From NCBI GenBank assembly GCA_030668875.1, contig DAOVER010000029.1, positions 1-32,000 of the forward strand: a stretch of 32,000 nt of DNA, written 5' to 3'. The translations under genes and the position numbers were made by a program. Positions within the stretch are counted from its first letter, which is position 1; every line of letters starts with the position of its first letter. The notes under the pieces are model-generated. The model ran no database searches. It was not told where the DNA came from and was given only the letters and a program-made list of their open reading frames with translations. This DNA comes from Candidatus Heimdallarchaeota archaeon (GTDB lineage: Archaea; Asgardarchaeota; Heimdallarchaeia; Heimdallarchaeales; Heimdallarchaeaceae). Shown one piece after another: positions 25,481 through 32,000 of this stretch.

Positions 25481-25575
25481 GAAATTTGTTATAACATTGT
25501 TTGATGTTTTCAATGCAATAGAGATTTATATTGAAAAAATAAAGTACTTTACATTATCTAATTGGGAAATTTTAG

Positions 25576-27708
25576 ATGACTTTATTACAACACAAACTGA
25601 ATTTGGCAATAAATCACTTAGTTAGGGGAGAATATAGAGAATTTCAAGACACAATTAGAATTATAGAAAGTAATAGTAAATTATCAAAATTTCAACGTCT
25701 CGAGAGTTCAATTCTTCAAATGTAATTTACAGATAAAACAGATAATTTTGGACCAAGAGAAGAATTAATGGTTAAAACATCTAAGCTTCTTGAGGAAATT
25801 TGTCTAACTTACAAACTAGAAATTATTAACATCATGGATACGAGTTCTAGAGTTTCTGAATCTTTGATAGAATCTACAATTAATCAATTTAGCAATCAGT
25901 CAAGAGAATCGCAACATACATTCTTAATTGTTTCAATGGCCAAAATAAAGTTCCAATATAAATATAACATTTTGTTCCCACTTTTCAGTCATTATATAGA
26001 AGTCATTATGCGTATAGCTAAGGATATGAATGAAAATTATTACTACACTGAATTACTAAATGAACTGTGCTGGTCTTTTACATATAGGGATTGTTTTGAC
26101 AATGCATTAGAGAGTGCAGAAAAACTACTACCGCTTGCAAAAGAACTTGAATCCCAAGATTTAGTGATGCGATCTTTGGCGTATCTAAGGCACAATTATT
26201 CTGAAAAAGGTTTTCATGATCTCTCCTTGAAGTATGGATACCAGTATCTAGAACTGGCGAAAAATGTAAAATCAAAATATAGACTATGGCATGCCTACAT
26301 AAATTTGAGTTTTGCATATTGTTATAGTGGTGATTTAATAAATAGCATGAAATTTCTGAATTTGGCTAGAACACATGAGAAAGATTTGAATTATAAAAAC
26401 TATAAGGGATGGAGGATGTTGGTTAGAGGTCAAATCAGTTATTATGAGGGAGATTTACACAAAGCTTATGAGCAACTAGAAGATGTATTGAAAGTTTTTC
26501 AGAATTCAACACAATACTACCCATTAGGATTTGGATATAGCATGATGGGAAGTATATCATATCAATTAGGAAAGTATGATGATGCAATAGAGTTCTATAA
26601 GGAGGGTTTGAAATTCAGAGAAAAACACGAAAGTGAAGTGCGTGTTGCACTAACTTACTTAAGACTAATTAGCATCTATGCTATTAAGAGAGATAAGGTT
26701 AGCTTGAAAATATGCTTAACGGAACTAAACAAACTCAAGAAAAAAAGCAATAATAGAATATTAGATAATATAAATGAAGCAGGGAAAGCTATAAACTTGA
26801 GATATGTAAGTGACCAAATAGAGCAATCTAAAGAAATATTCGAAAATATAATCATGAGTAAGAGCATGCTATTTGCTACAACAGAGAAATCTTACCTGTA
26901 TATCTGTGACATCTTGTTTGAAGAAGTAAAAAGAAGCAAAGACATTAATTTGTTAGTCGAACTAAACAGCTATATTAAGAATTTAATTGATATTGCAGAA
27001 AAGAATCAAGCGTATTTGCTACTCATTGAATTATACTTTTTGCAATCAAAACTAAGTACACTAGAATTTAAGACAGATACATCTTTATCTCTGTTGGAAA
27101 GGGCTCAAGAAGTTGCAAAACAAAAGGGATTGAATAGATTGGAAATATATTTGTCAAACGAACACGATGTTCTTCTAGAACAACTCGACACATGGGAAAG
27201 AGTGTCAAACTACTTACCAACATTAGAAGAACGATTTGAAGCAACACATATTGAAGAGATTCTTAGTAAGATGTTATTAAATAGGGTAAACTATATAGAA
27301 GCTTCCATTGAAGATGAAAAGCCAATTTCATTCTTAGTCTTCGATGAAAATTATAGCATCTTATACGCAGATTCACTGTCAGAAACACCTAATGAAGAAA
27401 TCGGATATGGAGAGCTTATTACAAAAATTACTGAGAAGAAACTCAATTTTACGAAAGGGGGTAGAATATTGAAAATTAAACATCATAAGTTCATGTGTAT
27501 CCTGGTAAAAAAGATGAAAGCATATTATTGTTATATATTCATTGGAAAATCGTTTTTCGCTAAACGGAAATTTGTTCAATTGATTGACACTTTGTCAAAT
27601 TGCAAAATTATCAAAAGATTTGAAGAATTGATTCCACAGAATAGTCCTGTGAAATTAGATCTTAGAATGCAGCTTGCATCGCTAATTAGAGAAGAAATTT
27701 GTTCATGA
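25576..27708 (+). pseudogene. Asgard-type TPR protein with a C-terminal longin-like domain, interrupted by one in-frame TAA (25723-25725); intact ORF from 25768
   Basis: ATG 25576 is in frame with ATG 25768 (192 bp apart), with a single TAA between them. TPR repeats and the family motif LLERAQEVAKQKGLNRL-SNEHDVLL are present. Confidence 0.65.
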
Positions 27709-27801
27709 CATATTTTCATAAAACCAAAACAATTATATATCAATGAATAGCACCATCAATTGAAATTTACACTCAACTATTACTAGAGTGAGGTAAAAAA
27801 T

Positions 27802-29424
27802 ATGTATGGTACTCCCGTTTATATTATGAAAGAAGGTACTGAGAGAACTCAAGGCAAAGATGCTCAAAGAAATAACATTCTTGCTGCTAGAGCAGTATCT
27901 GAAGCTATTCGTTCGGCTCTCGGTCCTAAAGGTATGGATAAAATGTTGATAGACAATTTTGGTGATACAACTGTGACAAATGATGGTGCTACAATTTTGA
28001 AAGAAATTGAAGTCAGCCATCCTGCAGCTAAATTCCTTATTGATTTATCTAAGACACAAGATCAAGAAACTGGTGATGGAACAACTACCGTTGTTGTTAT
28101 TGCTGGAGAATTACTTAAGCAAGCTGAAGAATTATTAGATGTTGAGGTTCATCCCAGTATCATTGTTGAAGGTTACAAGAACGCTCGATTTAAGGCTGCT
28201 GAAATTCTAGAAGAAATGGCTAAAGACGTAACATTTGAAGATGAAGACATACTCAATTATGTTTCTCAAACTTCCATGGCTTCCAAAATAATCAGTGGTG
28301 AGAAAGAATCTCTTTCTAAGATTATTGTAAAAGCAGTTAAAGCCATTACTGAAGAAAAAGATGGTGAATATGTTGCCAACATTGACAATATACAAATTCA
28401 GAAGAAAAAGGGTGGAAGTCTTGTTGATACAGAACTCATCGATGGAATTATCCTTGATAAAGAGTTTGTACATGTTGACATGCCCAAGAAGGTAGCAGGT
28501 GCTAAAATACTTCTTTTAGATAAAGGTCTTGAATTAAGCAAAACAGAAATTGACGCTAAAATTAACATTACAAGTCCTGATCAAATTCAAGCATTCTTAG
28601 ATAATGAACAAGATATGCTAAAAGAGATGGCAGATAAAATAATCGCTTCTGGTGCAAATATTGTGCTCTGTCAGAAAGGAATTGATGACATTGTTCAGCA
28701 TTATCTTGCTAAGAACGGTGTTTCCGCAGTTCGAAGGATAAAGAAAAGTGACATGGACAAATTAGCTAAAGCCACAGGAGCTCAGGTTACCACAAGTCTT
28801 GACGATTTAGATCAATACATCGGAAACGCTGCACTAGCAGAACAGAAATCCATCAGTGATGATAATATGATTTTCATTACAGGTTGCACAAATCCTAAGG
28901 CAGTATCTATTGTTATCCGCGGTGGAACAGAGATGATTGTTAATGAAGCTGAAAGAGCGATTCATGATTCGTTATGTGTCGTTAGACAAGTTATTCATGA
29001 CAAGAAAGTCGTTCCAGGTGGTGGAGCTCCAGAAATTCAAATTAGTCAAAAACTAAGTGAGTTCGCTAAAGCACAAACCAGTAAAGAACAATTAGCCATA
29101 GAAAAATTCGCTAAAGCTGTAGAAATTATTCCAAGAACTTTAGCAGAAAACGCTGGACTTGATCCTATTGATGTGCTTGCCGAATTACATGTTAAACACA
29201 ACAAAGTAGGTAATGTTTTTGGAGTTAATCCTTTTGCTAAGAAAGTAGATGACATGTCTAAACGCAATGTTTGGGAGCCAATTTCCGTCAAATTACAAGC
29301 TATCAGTAGTGCTGCTGAAGCAGCGGAAATGATCTTGAGAATTGATGACGTTATTGCTTCTAAAGAACTATCTGGTGGTGGTCCTCCCATGCCAGGTGGC
29401 GGCGGAATGCCCGAAGATTACTAG
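27802..29424 (+). CDS. ths: Thermosome (group II chaperonin) subunit
   Basis: LGPKGMDKML, TNDGATIL, GDGTTT, GGGAPE, RIDD, Gly/Met/Pro-rich tail. SD GTGAGGT at 27788-94 and TATA at 27733-40. Confidence 0.98.
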   Translation: MYGTPVYIMKEGTERTQGKDAQRNNILAARAVSEAIRSALGPKGMDKMLIDNFGDTTVTNDGATILKEIEVSHPAAKFLIDLSKTQDQETGDGTTTVVVIAGELLKQAEELLDVEVHPSIIVEGYKNARFKAAEILEEMAKDVTFEDEDILNYVSQTSMASKIISGEKESLSKIIVKAVKAITEEKDGEYVANIDNIQIQKKKGGSLVDTELIDGIILDKEFVHVDMPKKVAGAKILLLDKGLELSKTEIDAKINITSPDQIQAFLDNEQDMLKEMADKIIASGANIVLCQKGIDDIVQHYLAKNGVSAVRRIKKSDMDKLAKATGAQVTTSLDDLDQYIGNAALAEQKSISDDNMIFITGCTNPKAVSIVIRGGTEMIVNEAERAIHDSLCVVRQVIHDKKVVPGGGAPEIQISQKLSEFAKAQTSKEQLAIEKFAKAVEIIPRTLAENAGLDPIDVLAELHVKHNKVGNVFGVNPFAKKVDDMSKRNVWEPISVKLQAISSAAEAAEMILRIDDVIASKELSGGGPPMPGGGGMPEDY

Positions 29425-29455
29425 AGAAAATTTTTCTCTTTTTTTATTTTTATTT
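29425..29455 (+). terminator. T-rich terminator after the thermosome gene
   Basis: Short agagaaaa/ttttctct inverted repeat plus T-runs. Confidence 0.55.
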
Positions 29456-29485
29456 ATCAAAAATCAAATGTTACTGTATTTCACT

Positions 29486-29698
29486 TCAAGAATAAGTCTT
29501 TAAGGCTTGAGTAACTTTGGTTAGCATTTCTTCAGTAACTTGATCTGATTCCATCTCTACTATTGAAACCCAAGTAGAATATGCTGCCTCTCTCACACCT
29601 CTATTCGTATCTGACATCCCTTCCACAATTATTTCTACAACTTCGTTGGTTAGTTTTAACCTACTCTCTATGGTTACTTTTTGTTGTAGATATGTCAT
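29486..29698 (-). CDS. Small HEAT-repeat-like protein (70 aa from ATG 29698; 84 aa from TTG 29740)
   Basis: IIVEGMSDTNRGVREAAYSTW matches the HEAT consensus L-D-x3-VR-x-AA. Confidence 0.5.
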   Translation of the reverse strand: MTYLQQKVTIESRLKLTNEVVEIIVEGMSDTNRGVREAAYSTWVSIVEMESDQVTEEMLTKVTQALKTYS

Positions 29699-29870
29699 CC
29701 TAGTGTTAATTTCTCTTAGGAATTTAAAACTTTTGTCCAAGAATTGTTTGAAATATGTAAAAAATTAAGAGATTAGTGTTTATCTAATATTCATTAATTA
29801 GATATGCTAAACAAAGTGTTTTTACCCAAAGTTTTTAACAAACATTCATTACTCGATTAGTGATAAGCAA

Positions 29871-30818
29871 ATGGATCTTGAAGGAATTAATAAGAAGGTA
29901 TTAGAAAAATTAGAGATTGCCGGTTTTACTATTGAAAATTTATCTATTTTAACATCAGAAGAACTTTCCTCTAAGATTGATTTAGACATTGGAGAGGCAA
30001 AAAAGATCATTAACAAAGCCCAACATAAACTTGGAATTCAACCTATTTCAGCTATGAAATTCTTGGAACTTGAATCGAAGAGAGGTAAAATCACCACATC
30101 TTCAAATGAATTTGATGGCATACTTGGTGGAGGAGTGTGGACTCAAGAGCTAACAGAATTAGCTGGTGGTTTTGGTTCCGGTAAAACACAGCTTTGTTTT
30201 CAATTATGCATAAACGTACAATTGCCTTTTGAAGAAGGGGGATTAGAAGGCAATGCCTTTTTTATTGATACTGAGAGGACGTTTTCACCACGAAGAGTGG
30301 TTGAAATGGCATCATACAGAGAATTGGATGTTGAAGAAATACTCAACAATATTTACATCAGCTCAGCAGTCAATACTCATCATCTATTTAGTATAGTCGA
30401 CCAATTAGACGAAATTATACCAGAGAAAAACATTAAATTGCTGATTATTGATTCTTTAGCTTCACATTTTCGTTCCGAATTTATAGGTAAAGGAAAACTT
30501 GTTGAGAGACAACAAAAACTCATGAAAATTGCTGAGCTGCTGATTATGATTGCTGTAAAATATGATATTGCAATTGTTGTAACCAACCAAATTATTGCTA
30601 ACGTTGAAGAGTTCTTATTTGGAAGCCCTGAAGAACCTGCTTTAGGTTTTGCTTGGGCTCATCGACCTCAACAGAGAATATTTCTAAGAAAATCAAGAGG
30701 TAGTTCAAGAATTGCTAGATTGTTTGATAGTTCTAGAATGCCCGAAAGAGAAGCATTGTTCTATGTAACAGAAAGTGGCATAACTGATGCCCCTTACTCT
30801 ACAGAACTATTTGAATAG
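29871..30818 (+). CDS. RadA/Rad51-family protein with RAD51-paralog-like signatures
   Basis: N-terminal HhH domain, Walker A GGFGSGKT, IDTERTF, Walker B LLIIDS, TNQ, RIARLFDS. Confidence 0.92.
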   Translation: MDLEGINKKVLEKLEIAGFTIENLSILTSEELSSKIDLDIGEAKKIINKAQHKLGIQPISAMKFLELESKRGKITTSSNEFDGILGGGVWTQELTELAGGFGSGKTQLCFQLCINVQLPFEEGGLEGNAFFIDTERTFSPRRVVEMASYRELDVEEILNNIYISSAVNTHHLFSIVDQLDEIIPEKNIKLLIIDSLASHFRSEFIGKGKLVERQQKLMKIAELLIMIAVKYDIAIVVTNQIIANVEEFLFGSPEEPALGFAWAHRPQQRIFLRKSRGSSRIARLFDSSRMPEREALFYVTESGITDAPYSTELFE

Positions 30819-30877
30819 AAATGAATAGAAAATAATCTATTGAAATCGTAATTATAGGAAAAATGGAGAATTCAAGA

Positions 30878-31177
30878 TTACTCGGCTGCTGGTTTATTCT
30901 TTGTAGCAGAATAAACACTTGTTCTTTTTGATTTACTGATGCATTTAATAATGTTGTTTGCTTCAGCTTCTCTGAGAATTCTTTTTGCAGCGCTAACTCT
31001 AATATTATACTTATCTGCAAGGTAAGCTGGTGTTACTCCTTTTGCCCTTGATAATTCTCCATCAATCTTTTTCTTTGTCTCTTCATCTGGAGAAAGATCA
31101 CGAATGACAGGGATGAATTCGAACACTAAACCAAACTTTTTCTTCTTTCTTACAACTTTCCTCTCGCGTAATGACAT
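30878..31177 (-). CDS. rps25e: Ribosomal protein eS25 (S25e)
   Basis: Basic N-terminus and winged-helix core VTPAYLADKYNIRVSAAKRILREAE...IIK...VY. Confidence 0.85.
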   Translation of the reverse strand: MSLRERKVVRKKKKFGLVFEFIPVIRDLSPDEETKKKIDGELSRAKGVTPAYLADKYNIRVSAAKRILREAEANNIIKCISKSKRTSVYSATKNKPAAE

Positions 31178-31276
31178 CGTTCTCGAACTCTGGATTTTCC
31201 GCGGATTTTTAAGTTATTCGATTGAAAGGTTTTTCACTTACCGCAATCTTGATAATTTCCTCGCCTAAGATACCTT

Positions 31277-32000
31277 ATGGATAAATTGGAGTTGTTACTA
31301 AATACATTCAAAGGGGGGAATACAAATTATCCTTTGTTCAGTTTGTGGAAGCATTTTCCACATGATGACAGAAACTTTGAGAGATTAGCTGAAGCTCACA
31401 TTAAATTCTATGAGCATCATCAATTCGATTTGATGAAAATATCTCCTCACGGAAGATATCCTGTTGTTGATTATGGATGCAAAGTAGCAAAAGAATTTGA
31501 CTCAATTACTGGCAGCACAAGCTGTGAAGAATGTACAATACACACTTTTGAGGACTGGGAAGCATTAGAACAAGTTAATGTAAATGACGGGGAATTTGGT
31601 AATCAAGTAAAAACTGTCAAAATATTAGGTAAAAAACTAGAAGAGCTACCTAAAATGATGACTATATTTTCTCCTTTGATGGTTGCTTCTAAAATGGATA
31701 ATAATCTTGTTGCACATATGCGAGAGGATAAAGCAAAATTAAAAAAAGCATTTTTTGTAATATACAAAGATCTTTTAGAATTTGCTCAATCATCAATTGA
31801 TGCTGGTGCAAATGGATTATTCATTGCATCACAACATTTCCGAAAAACTGATTTAACTTGGGAAGAAGTAGATAATTTTGAGATTTACTTTATCAAAAAA
31901 TTAATACAAGAAACTAGAAAGAAATCAGATTTCAACATCATACATATTCATGGACAAGAAATCAATTTCAATAAGGTTGTAGAAACTATTGATGTAGATG
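31277..32000 (+). CDS. Uroporphyrinogen decarboxylase (URO-D)-like TIM-barrel protein, 3'-truncated; absent from the ORF track
   Basis: Manual translation from ATG 31277 is open to the window end: MDKLELLL...LWKHFPHDD...DLMKISPHGRY...TIFSPL...DAGANGLFIASQ...IIHIHG. Confidence 0.8.
   Translation, partial: MDKLELLLNTFKGGNTNYPLFSLWKHFPHDDRNFERLAEAHIKFYEHHQFDLMKISPHGRYPVVDYGCKVAKEFDSITGSTSCEECTIHTFEDWEALEQVNVNDGEFGNQVKTVKILGKKLEELPKMMTIFSPLMVASKMDNNLVAHMREDKAKLKKAFFVIYKDLLEFAQSSIDAGANGLFIASQHFRKTDLTWEEVDNFEIYFIKKLIQETRKKSDFNIIHIHGQEINFNKVVETIDVD

Noticed and set aside
25723-25725. Selenocysteine or pyrrolysine recoding of the in-frame stop
   Set aside because: The codon is TAA, not TGA or TAG.
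29777-29813. Imperfect inverted repeat upstream of the RadA-like gene as a damage-response operator
   Set aside because: AT-rich 8-bp arms are expected by chance, and there is no second occurrence upstream of xpb/bax1.

Overview
AT-rich, gene-dense archaeal window, most likely from an Asgard archaeon (Heimdallarchaeia-like). This is inferred from archaeal TBP, thermosome, RadA-family and S25e genes occurring together with an Arf-like GTPase, a RING protein and Asgard-type TPR proteins. About 29 CDS were found. Two are cut by the window edges: an isochorismatase-family hydrolase at the 5' end and a URO-D-like protein at the 3' end that is absent from the ORF track. No tRNA, rRNA, CRISPR array or mobile element was seen. 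Highlights: (1) an unannotated ~77-nt minus-strand box C/D kink-turn RNA with its own TATA-like box at 16277-16353; (2) a zinc-ribbon plus RING module resembling the C-termini of the eukaryotic GATOR2 subunits Mios/WDR24/WDR59; (3) a RadA-architecture protein with the PALGxxWxH signature of eukaryotic RAD51 paralogs and no FxxA Phe; (4) an Arf-like GTPase with degenerate G3/G4/G5 boxes fused to a longin-like domain; (5) a four-gene operon built around an RlmN-like radical SAM enzyme lacking the resolving cysteine; (6) a TPR-longin gene interrupted by one in-frame TAA; (7) tandem TGTAAC-N6-GTTACA operators upstream of a PEF-CTERM surface protein. All family assignments come from motif recognition by eye and from recalled family consensus; no database searches were run.
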